From Octopus sinensis (lineage: Eukaryota), in assembly GCF_006345805.1 (NCBI RefSeq), contig NC_042997.1:127348001-127412000 (forward strand): 64,000 nucleotides of DNA. Direction: 5' to 3'. The translations under genes and the position numbers were made by a program. Under the pieces are notes generated by a model. It made no database searches and was not told the origin of the DNA. It was given only the letters and a program-made list of their open reading frames with translations. Of the stretch, positions 53,332-64,000 are shown piece by piece (position 1 is the first letter of the stretch; each line of letters begins with the position of its first letter).

Positions 53332-53634
53332 TGTAACGTAGTTACTCTTCGCCAACTATTGTAATGTCACCACTATTTATGATGACACTTGTTTACACTA
53401 TTATCATGTAGTAGAAATAAAATATATAACGAACCAGTCCAACGTAACACTCCAACAAACTCTCCACGAACTATACCACGAACCAACAAACGATATTCTG
53501 ACAAACTACCAAAACGACACCTTACGACTTCCTGCAATTAATCCTACTCACCCTCTCTCACTCAGACCGCTACTATTTTTAGTCGTTTGGTGAAGTTTAT
53601 TCTCGCAGAGGGTGTCGTGACTCTCGTCACAACA
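53332..53634 (-). repeat. Putative 5' LTR of the Gypsy element
   Basis: Minus strand starts TGTTG at 53634 and ends TTACA just before the PBS; no second LTR to confirm. Confidence 0.55.
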
Positions 53635-54918
53635 TATACAATACACGCAAATACACACTCACCCACACGCCAACCGGTGCGCCCTATTGCACATTTACTA
53701 AGTGTTTCTTCCATCGCTACTTTAGCAAGTTCGGTGACGTCTGTGCTTCACTACTAAGACTATAAAACCGAAATTTATGGCAATTATCTCCACATATATG
53801 TCCCTATATAACTAATATTTTTATTAGTCAATGGCCAATATAATTTTCCCCGCCGTATAATTATTTCCATTTAGCTTTTTACTGAACTCTTCTTTAGATA
53901 TGTTAGCACTCGATTAATTATTGTTTTAGTTCTTTATGTTTTCAGTATATGAACGACAGATATATTCGAAGAATTTAACCTAACAGTTACAATCACAACA
54001 AACCTAAACATTATCGCCGTAGAAAAGAAAACAGCAACAACAACAACAACAAAACAACTGAACAGAAAAATCACGAAGAAAGACTCCAACCACTCTCCCA
54101 CAATCAGAGAAAAATATAGTAGATAATGTAAGTACAAGGATATCAAACCTGACAAGGAAAAATTCAGCAAAGTCATTACAATTACAGGCCTGTACTATCA
54201 AGAAAAATATATCTACGTGTCTATTTTATGGAAAGTGTTTATCGAAGATGCTTATATAGAAAACGGCAGTAAGCAGTGGAGAATATTGCAGTGACCTTCA
54301 GAAGGTTAACAGGAAATGCTTTTAACTGGATATACACAGCATATGCATTCTTTTAAAAACTGGACAGGAATCGTCAGAAAACATCTGTCCCAATAAATAT
54401 AGAAAGTCAAAGGTAGAATACATATTTTTTATAGAGTGAAGTGTCGTCTAGAAAGCCATGCTATACGTAAACAGAGCATACTGGTACAATCTGCGAATGC
54501 AGACGGTTTTTTTAACTTTAATAGCAACAGTCGATCAAACAAAAGATTTGTCACATATTCCCATAGAAATAAATATCCCCTGAAAGAATCTGAAGCGTCA
54601 AGAAAACGTTCAATCTAAATTTGAATTTTCTGTCAAGAATAATCTTCCTTTACCCCGAGCAACTTTTGAATAATAGTCTTTCGTACTAACAAAGAGTTCT
54701 TCACCCAGTGACTTCTCTAACACATATGAAAGTTGTAAACAACTATAGCACCTCATTACTTGGGGTGTTTAATGAAAACAACGTATAGACCATAGTGTAG
54801 TGTTATCATACATAGCTCAACTCGCCTTTCGCTTCTGTTAGCATTTGAAGAATTACATCCACAGATACATACGTATCCACCCTTTTGGTTAAGATCAAAG
54901 TGTGTATGTGCGTGTGAG

Positions 54919-54956
<38 letters not shown>

Positions 54957-54974
54957 ATATATATATAATTATGA

Positions 54975-55313
54975 TATGTAGAAAAATACAAACATGGACA
55001 AGAACGCATAACACTTAGAAGACGATACAACAAACACGGACAGGACATTCGAAGCCCTCAGTCTTCAGTCAAGAACCGGATCATCGTAGTAATTTCGGCT
55101 GATTATACCGATCTATCATGGCAGTCGCCATGATAGATCAGTAGCCACTACACACATTTTTTTCTCTCCTTGTTTTTTTTTCTGTGTCCCTTTCTGTAGA
55201 AGAGCGTAGGGTCGAAACGTAAAAGACTTTTGCAATTCCTGAGCGTACTAATGCATCTGTTTGTTTTGTACACCATCTGTCTTTGTCATTTGTTTTTTTT
55301 TTCGTGAATCTCC

Positions 55314-55320
<7 letters not shown>
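54975..55320. mobile_element. Two oppositely oriented PLE-type terminal fragments joined at a perfect hairpin, flanked by (TA)n
   Basis: Hairpin GATCTATCATGGC-AGTC-GCCATGATAGATC at 55110-55139; hammerhead-like motifs on each side. Confidence 0.55.
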
Positions 55321-55381
<61 letters not shown>

Positions 55382-55719
55382 CTAAAGCTGACTCCTACTT
55401 TATTTTATCGACCAGCTGAAAAATAAAGCAGAAAAAATTGACATTGATAGAGATACTGGATGGACTAACTAGATACTGAAAAATTTTTGTTCGACGCGCC
55501 TTGAACTAGTAATTGTATTATCCTCCGCGAAAGAGTGAAAAGCAAAACTGGCATTCGAACTAAGAGCGTAAGGGAGCCTGATTATACAGAACAAAGAACT
55601 CTATCCGACACTTAACTGATTCTGTCTAATTGCCGCCACTAATTCATTCAATCAAAATATATACTACCTACTAAATACACCCTTCAAACTAATTAACAAT
55701 ACCTTATTTGCAGTCAGTC

Positions 55720-56410
55720 ATCGCGACTTTGGTTGTTCACAGCTTTGGCATGAATTCATAAACTTTCTCCATACTGGTCGATTTTTCGCTTGAGGTTTGC
55801 CATTTATTATGATCAGTTCCTTTCCATTTCATATTCCTCAGCCTACGTCTTCCATGGTTTCTTTCCCCCTTGAATAGTTGGAAGTAAAAGAGTTGTCTGG
55901 GCAATCTGCTCTTGTCCATCCTATGTATATATCTCAACCAACGTGAATTTATATGAAGAAGGATTTCCAATATAGGAGTCAGACCAGCACGCCGGAAGAT
56001 CTCTTCATTCCTGACCTTGTCAAACAGAGTAATATTTATAATCTGTCGCAGCTGTCTCATCCATACATGCATGTAAATTTTCTACTTGAGATTTATAGAT
56101 TGCTCAGGTTTCAGCAGCATACAACAGGGAAGAAAGCATTATAGCTATGTATACCTTACATTTGACACATAGAAACATGCCTATTATCCCACAACCTTTC
56201 CTGTAGCCTGCCAAATGAAGCACTAGAACTGCTCATTCTGTATGTGATTTCCTGGTCCAGTCGTGCATTATCTGATATGGTGCTGCCTACGTATTTGAAT
56301 GCTTTACACTGGATCAGCTCGTCATTTCTAATAGTGATGTTTTCATCTGCAGATATGTTCTCCACAGGTTGCTAAAACATTCGTTTTTTTTTCTGATGTT
56401 AATCTTTCAA
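55720..56410 (-). mobile_element. RTE LINE fragment
   Basis: FKYVGSTISDNARLDQEITYRMSSSSASFGRLQERLW; RWLRYIHRMDKSRLPRQLFY. Confidence 0.85.
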
Positions 56411-56418
56411 AGTGTGAG

Positions 56419-56465
<47 letters not shown>

Positions 56466-56478
56466 ATCTATCTATCTA

Positions 56479-56581
<103 letters not shown>

Positions 56582-56714
56582 TACATATTGTATATATATA
56601 TATATATATATATGAATTTAAATAATAAGGTTGAAAATTTGAATATTAATTTGATTAATATCAATTTAAAACCAGTGGCCTAGCATATTGAAAAATCTAA
56701 AGATTCAGAAAAAT

Positions 56715-56920
56715 TATATTACATATATATAAGATGTATGACCACTAAGTGGGCATCCATTATGCTAGAGGTAGACCTCATATGGTTTGACCACTAAGAA
56801 AAGATTGTTCTCGAATTTTCTTGAGAACAATCTTTTCTTAGTGGTCAAACCATATGGGGTCTATCTCTAGCATGAAGGATGTCCACTTAGTGGTTATCCC
56901 ACTTACATGTATGTAATATA
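56715..56920. repeat. Foldback with about 100-bp arms and a very short loop
   Basis: 56715-56814 versus 56821-56920. Confidence 0.92.
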
Positions 56921-56930
56921 TATATATATA

Positions 56931-57085
56931 TAGGGAGAGTTTACGAAAAAAACAAAAGACGAAGACCGGTAGTGTACAAAACAAACAGATGTATTAGTAT
57001 AACGCTCAGGAATAGAAAAAGTATTTTACGTTTCGAGCCTACGCTCTTCTACAGAAAAGGACACAGAAAAAACAAGGAGATGAGC
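56931..57085 (-). mobile_element. Second copy (inverted) of the repeat at 55160-55320
   Basis: TTTTACGTTTCGAGCCTACGCTCTTCTACAGAAAAGGACACAG. Confidence 0.75.
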
Positions 57086-57535
57086 ACGCAGGGCATACAA
57101 GAGTGTACAGATTTACCACTTATCAGTGTCTGGCATCCCTGCCCACTTCCTATCCGTATACCCAAAACATAAATAAAACTTATATTCAAACTTGGAACTA
57201 TGTCATCGAAGCGTTTAAATTAATATTTTTTTTCTACTCCTCTACACCTATTACTGTAAATTCCTATGTTATTCTTCAGCTCTCCGCTAATACTAATTTT
57301 TCTTCAACTTCAACCTTGTTCACCATCTTTTCTCCCTCTCTCTTCCCCTTTCTCCTCCTTATTTGTTTTCTGCGCCCCCGCCACCAGATTTTTTTCTCTT
57401 ACTACCGCCTCGCTATGCATGTATCCTGACGTTGCTTTGCATTCTGTGTAAGTTGTTTCCAGTTGATTTAGCATAAAGATGTAAAACATCTCCATCCTCC
57501 CATTATACCTTTCATCACAGTCCTGAAGAAGGGAT

Positions 57536-57776
57536 TCTCTTTTACTCTTTTACTTGTTTCAGTCATTTGACTGCGGCCATGATGGAGCACTGTCTTTAGT
57601 CGAGCGCATCAACCCCAGACTTATTCTTTGGAAGCCTAGTACTTATTCTATCGGTCTCTATTGCCAAACCGCTAAGTTACGGGGGCGTAAGCACACCAGC
57701 ATCGGTTGTCAAGCGATGTTGGGGGACAAAAACAGACACACAAACATATACACACACATACATACATAAATACATT

Positions 57777-57813
<37 letters not shown>

Positions 57814-57977
57814 TTATACGACGGGCTTCTTTCAGTTTCCGTCTACCAAATCCACTCACAGGGCTTTGGTCGGCCCGAGGCTATAGTAGAAGACACCTGC
57901 TCAAGGTGCTACGCAGTGGAACTGAACCCGGAACCATGTGGTTCGTAAGCAAGCTACTTACCACCCACCCACTCCTG
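57536..57977 (-). mobile_element. Family A SINE
   Basis: Similarity to other copies. Confidence 0.88.
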
Positions 57978-58824
57978 AAGAACTTTCTTTTCTCTTGGAT
58001 ATGTGCTTAAGTTACTACGATTTGTATATCCATTCTCAACATCAGTGTTTAAGAACGTTTGTCCACGTGTCTGATAAACCACTGACGCCACTTGGAGACA
58101 GCGTGTTGATTACACACATATCTACACGGTGAAGTCGTTCTCCGGGATGAGATATAAAACAGCACCAAATTCACCGAAATGAGTCTACCGAAATGTATCA
58201 AGAATGGATATACACGTTGTTGTGAGTCTAATTGTTTTAGCGACCATAAGAATTTAATATTAATTTGGCAGGCATTGGTACATATCAGTAAATATTTTAT
58301 TAGCTGATTTTTATAGATAGGAACATTTGATCTAGTCTATCTTCGAAAGGACTGCGTGGTGTATATCGCTAAGTAGGCACAACCGTGCCGAAACACCAGT
58401 GTTTGATAGTCCGGTGATAACAGTTGGAACAAGTGTGTTGGATGCCATTCCTGCATGCGCTAACCCTAAGCCTATTCTTAACTCAGATCAGATACGGTTA
58501 TTTCACAGCGTAGACTACGGATAGTGCGGTAGACCGCACGCTAAAATAGCACCGTGTGTTGTATAAACACATCGTCTATGGATAGAAGTCATTCTACAAA
58601 ACAAACTACAACAGCGAAACGCCATGCTCGCGTCCAAGTCTCCCGGAACGTGTCAACAATGCATATACGCATGATTGTTTTGACACTCGCTGTTTTTCAT
58701 CTCCATTATAATTTGATATCTTTCTATTTTTGTAATAAAGATTACTTTCTAATACACACAATTCTCCTTGGACTCTCTTTTATTTGATACATGTTTAATG
58801 CATTGAGTTTTGTGAAAGCAGACA

Positions 58825-58887
<63 letters not shown>

Positions 58888-59406
58888 ACAATATATGAGT
58901 ATATATATATATATGTATGTATATATGTATGTATAAATATATGTGTGTGTATATATATACACGCACTCATATATATTTATACATACATATATATATACAT
59001 ATATATAAATATAGAAACATATATATATACATACATATATATATATATACATACATATATACATACATACATATATATATATATGCTCATACACACACAC
59101 ACACTCTAGCAATTTATCATCTGTGACTGATATATTTGACATTTTCTTATATCTTAGTATGTTTGTTTGCACCGATGTAATGAAAAAAACAAAAAACAAA
59201 ACAAAACAAAGACAAAACAAAACAAAACAAAACAAAAAAAAACGTACACACATACTGTGCTCTGTCATTTGTAATCAGTAACGAGTTTATTGACTTTCAC
59301 TCTATGTAAGTCTGTGTATGTGTGTGTGTGTGTGTCTGTGTGTCTGTGTATGTGTCTGTGTGCGTACTCTTGTTTTTGTGACTATTACTGTTGTTGTTGT
59401 TGTTGT

Positions 59407-59442
<36 letters not shown>

Positions 59443-59589
59443 CGATGTTGCACTATTGTTGTTCTTGTTCCGTTGTTCTTGTCGTTGTTGTAGATGTGTT
59501 TTTATAGCTTTATTTTACTCGTGTTCTCCTTTCTTATTTTTTTTATAGTTCTTTTTGGTAATGCCGTTTTCTTTTTTGCTTGCTTGTAA

Positions 59590-59710
59590 TCTTTATTATC
59601 ATTATTATTATTATCATTATTATTATTATCATTATTATTATTATTATTGCTCTTGTTGTTATTATTATTATCAATATTATTATAATCATCATCATCATTA
59701 GTATTATTAA

Positions 59711-59749
<39 letters not shown>

Positions 59750-59785
59750 CATTATTATTACTATTATAATTACTATTATTATTGC

Positions 59786-59818
<33 letters not shown>

Positions 59819-59880
59819 CATTATTATTACTATTATAATTACTATTATTATTGCTATTATTATTATTATTATTATTATTA

Positions 59881-59916
<36 letters not shown>

Positions 59917-59952
59917 CATTATTATTACTATTATAATTACTATTATTATTGC

Positions 59953-60000
<48 letters not shown>

Positions 60001-60036
60001 CATTATTATTACTATTATAATTACTATTATTATTGC

Positions 60037-60081
<45 letters not shown>

Positions 60082-60117
60082 CATTATTATTACTATTATA
60101 ATTACTATTATTATTGC

Positions 60118-60172
<55 letters not shown>

Positions 60173-60219
60173 GTTGCTATTGTTGTTATTATTATCATTA
60201 TTATTACTATTATAATTAC

Positions 60220-60261
<42 letters not shown>

Positions 60262-60300
60262 CATTATTATTATTATTATTATTATCATCATCATTATTAT
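59590..60300. repeat. (ATT)n array with higher-order periodic interruptions
   Basis: CATTATTATTACTATTATAATTACTATTATTATT(GCT) recurs six times. Confidence 0.9.
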
Positions 60301-61093
60301 TGTTGTTGTTGTTGGTTTTGTTATAGTTTTTGATGATGTCTTGTTCTTATTATTATTACTACTCGTGTTGTCATTGTTGAAGCTATTTTTGTCATCGTTC
60401 TTGGCTGATTTTATTGTTGACGTTGTTTTTGTAATTTTTGATTTTGTTATTATTGTAGATGCTGATTTTTTTTTTGTTTTTTGTTTTTGTGTAGTTGTTA
60501 TTGGTACTGGTTTATGTGTTGTTCAAGTTATTTTGTGTTGTTGTTGCTGTTGCTGTTGTTTTTGCTTTTGTTGTTATAGTTGCTGTTTTTGGTGTTGTTC
60601 CTGATACCTTTGCGTCAATGTTATTGGTGCTTATGGCTTTTGTTGTTGTTGTTGTTGGTGGTGGTGGTAGTGGTGGGGGTGGAGGTGGTGTTGGTAGAGG
60701 TGGTGGTGGTGGTGGTGGTGGTGGTATTGTTGTTGATAGTATTTTTATAAATTATTGTTGTTGATACGATTTATCTAGTTATTTCTGTTGCAACTGTTCT
60801 TATTACTGTTGTTGTTGCTATTGTTGTTGTTGTTGTTGATGATGATGATGATGATGATGTTTTTGCTGTTGTTGTTGTTGTTATCTAGCCTCAGGGCAAA
60901 CCTTATCAAGTACACTTCCAATCAAAGACATACGGGCAAACAGACTTTTTTAAGAGTATATGATGTGCCTCACCTTGTTTAAAACGGTATGGTTTCATTT
61001 GAGGGATATTTGGCTGATAAGCCTAAAAGGAACAATGAAACTCAGAGTCATTCTTGTTAGTTTAGTTTGTTTTGTTTTTAATATCTTGTTGTT

Positions 61094-61469
61094 AAGGCGG
61101 CGAGCTGGCAAAATGCTTAACGATATTTTGTCTACCGTTACGTTCTGATTTCAAATTCCGCCGAAGTCGACTTTGCCTTTCATATTCGGGGTCGATAAAT
61201 TAAGTACCAGTTACGCACTGGGGTCGATATAATCGACTTAATCCGTATGTCATACCTTGTTTGTTTCCTCTGTGTTTAACCCCTTGTGGGTGTAGTAAAG
61301 AAATAGGTATTTCATCTGTCTTTATGTTTTGAGTTCAAATTCCGCGGAGGTCGATTTTGCCGTTCATCCTTTCGGGGTCGATAAATTAAGTACCAGTTGC
61401 GTACGAGGGTCGATCTAATCGACTGGCCCCTCCACCAAAATTTCGAGCCTTGTGCCTAGAGTAAAAAAG
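61094..61469 (+). mobile_element. Family B SINE dimer with 14-bp TSD
   Basis: TSD AATATCTTGTTGTT at 61080-61093 and 61470-61483; junction AAAGAAATA|GGTATTTC at about 61306. Confidence 0.9.
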
Positions 61470-61654
61470 AATATCTTGTTGTTCGATCCCAATATCAGCC
61501 CGGTCAGAAAAGACGCATAGCATAATTCAGTAAATTACCGTTTTGTCGTTTAAAACCAATTTAATCACGATAGAATCGACCTATGATCAAGAGCGTCCAG
61601 CCGTGACCATACCGTTTTTAACAGTATATAGAAATTCAGCATCAGATCTCTATC

Positions 61655-62055
61655 TTTACTCTTTTACTCTTTTACTTGTTTCTGTCATTTGACTGCGGCC
61701 ATGTTGGAGCACTGCCTTTAGTCGAGCAAATCGACCCCAGGACTTATTCTTTGTTAGCCTAGTACTTATTCTATCGATCTATTTTACCGAACCGCTAAGT
61801 TACGGGGACGTAAACACACCAGCATCGGTTGTCAAGCGATGTTGGGGGACAAACACAGACACACAAACACATACACACACATACATATATACGACGGGCT
61901 TCTTTCAGTTTCCGTCTACCAAGTCCCCTCACAATGCTTTGGTAGGCTCGAGGCTATAGTAGAAGACACTTGCCCAAGTTGCCATGCAATGGGAATTAAC
62001 CCAGAACCATGTGGTTGGTAAGCAAGCTACTTACCACACAGCCACTCCTGCGCCT
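61655..62055 (-). mobile_element. Family A SINE, full length
   Basis: Similarity to other copies. Confidence 0.9.
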
Positions 62056-62349
62056 ATGATCTATTCTCTCCTTATTTAAAACGGAGTGTGATTTGAAGAG
62101 TATTTGGTCAAGCAACTATGTAGAACCTCTCCCATTACGTTTTCGTTGCTATAACCACATGACTTACCTGATTAAGCACATCTATAGTCGAAAGTATTCC
62201 AGTAATGACCACCCCATCTTTCAGCGTTCAGGTATTATGTATCTAAAAGTTAATGTGATAGTGGCATTTTTGTTTAACTCCAATTATATATATATAAATA
62301 ATTGCGTACACGCACTCACACGCGCGTGCAGATTTCTTTCTTTCCCACT

Positions 62350-63120
62350 CTCAGTCAACCCTGGTGTTCGGTTCAGATTTGTACCCGCCCACCCTCTCTT
62401 TCTTCTGTACATCAGTGATATTTACCGCCACCTCTAACAACGTCCATCATTATACTGATGATATGACACTGATTTCCTCCCTAACTTTTCACAATCATGC
62501 GTTCTCCACATTGAAACTATATAACACGCAAAATCTGCATTGATTCAGGGACCTTGATTACATTTTTCAGTGGAACCATGTCAACATTATCTTTTTTAAC
62601 AGCAAAAGATCGAATGACATCCATATCAAGACATCTCCATCAGACCAAACTATACTATATATGAGAGGTCTTCGACTAAGACAATCGCTTCAAATGCTAG
62701 TCCTCAATATCACCGAGAAATTCTCCTAGCGAATGTTCATCTTTTGCTTAGGTAAGACTTCATCCAAAAGATTGGCTCTTCACTTCAAGGCTGGAAAATA
62801 TTCCAACCTTCAGCAGTTTCTGACACTCAACATAGTAAACAGTGGAATATTACTCACAATAAAGTACAAGGCTCACAACAGAGTAATGCTTCAATATTTG
62901 GAAGAAAAGCCACTCGTCTGATTGGCATTCAATTCTAATAGACACGCTTCCGCCTTTAGCTCACAAGCGAGCTGTCTTCATTCTCTGTCTTTTCTATTAC
63001 TATTATAATAGCCTTTGTTTTCCTTCGTAACTTGTTAGTCTTGTATATCCATCACATAAGCCCTATCGAACGCCCCACACTTATACCACTTAGCCTCCCC
63101 CGAACCCTTCATTCCTCTAA
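62350..63120 (+). mobile_element. Decayed CR1-group LINE RT fragment
   Basis: GVRFRFVPAHPLFLLYISDI (GVPQGS.L.P.LFL.YIND-like); HHYTDDMTL (YADD-like). Confidence 0.6.
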
Positions 63121-63149
63121 CTTTCCTGTTTGACAATAAATTTAATATA

Positions 63150-64000
63150 ACTTTGATAACTTTGATAGGCTTCGGCCAGTATATCCCAGGCCATGTCTAA
63201 CTTGATAGCACCACATGGTGAAGTCTTTTATTCACATATAGAGTACCATGGCCCGCTCTAGCAAAGAGTTATTATTGTTGGAGACATATCCGGGTGTAGG
63301 AGGTCGGTCCAGGATTTTTTGAAGAAATTTTTCCAGTGAACATTGGAATTTTATGGGATCCGTTTCCGTTTTGACGTATTTTGGTTTGGTATTAAAGAGA
63401 GTTGGACAGTATGAGGTAAAGTAATGTTGCTATGTGTACTGAGTTCGATTTTTGTAGTGGGCAGATAGGACGGGGGGCCAAGTCTTGGATAGATTTTAAA
63501 ATTGATGCCAACATCATTTGTGCAATATTGATGGAATATTTTCCACATAACACAAATAATGTAGCGCTCCCGGCGGCGTTGAAGAGAGTAGACATTGAGT
63601 TTTTCTAGCCGACTCCAATAATCAATGCATCTCACGCCGTCTATCTTTCTTGTTATTGACCTCTGGAGTGCTTCTACTTTCATAATGAGTTGCTTCGTAT
63701 GGGGAAACCACAATGGGCAACAGTACTCAAGGTGGGGTCAGACAAAAGTAGAGTAGAAAAGGACGGTGGTGTGGGCATTTCTAGACCGGAAAGTTCTCAG
63801 AATTCAGGAGCCCATGTTGCTGGTCAGTCAACCTTGCTGTTTACGTGGGAACTCCAGCTTAGATTGTTATTAACAATAACTCCAAGGTCTCTGGTGTTGT
63901 TGGATGACATAAAGGAGGCGCTAGAGGGAAGAGCATATGTTAATTTCAGATTTTCCTCTTTTCCAAAGTGGGTCAAATCAAATTTATCTTCAATTAGAAG
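63150..64000 (-). mobile_element. CR1/Jockey-group LINE 3' end (same family as 23755-24250), runs off the window end
   Basis: VEALQRSITRKIDG...DYWSRLEKLNVYSLQRRRERYII; (TATCAAAGT)n tail. Confidence 0.88.

Larger units (their letters stand above)
49986..53634 (-). mobile_element. Decayed Ty3/Gypsy LTR retrotransposon (5' LTR, gag, protease, RT, partial RNase H; 3' truncated)
   Basis: PBS TGGCGACAAG at about 53326; FSYDPEEGITFAAYF; CYGCGALHFRKDC; LQLDTGSGISII; LDLSDAYLQI...GLYKYNRLPF; NYSEIVKEALAIIFAVKKF. Confidence 0.9.

Noticed and set aside
53946-54133. Plus-strand coding exon ending at gtaagt (54128)
   Set aside because: The frames checked from the plausible acceptors hit stops; at most non-coding.

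Overview
Eukaryotic, AT-rich, microsatellite-saturated DNA, most likely an octopus/cephalopod genome (inferred from the tRNA-derived SINE families that dominate it). There are no prokaryotic genes, CRISPR arrays or intact transposon ORFs, and most of the ORF track is microsatellite noise. The window is largely decayed mobile DNA: a fairly young Tx1/L1-clade LINE 3' end (1-2417), several RTE and CR1-like LINE 3' ends, an R4/Dong-like fragment, at least four Penelope-like (PLE) remnants, a Tc1/mariner fragment, Helitron-like pieces, a Gypsy LTR element, a foldback MITE and many SINEs. A probable host gene on the minus strand shows three phase-compatible small exons (38895-38724, 9035-8917, 8619-8590); its product is not recognised. 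Most notable patterns: (i) SINE dimers and a heterodimer inserted as single units, four with the same junction in the loop of the tRNA-like head; (ii) several unrelated foldback elements embedded in (TA)n tracts, some with hammerhead-like cores, plus one near-canonical PLE hammerhead at about 13990; (iii) retroelements embedded in specific tetranucleotide microsatellites. All family calls come from motif recognition by eye, and many boundaries are approximate.
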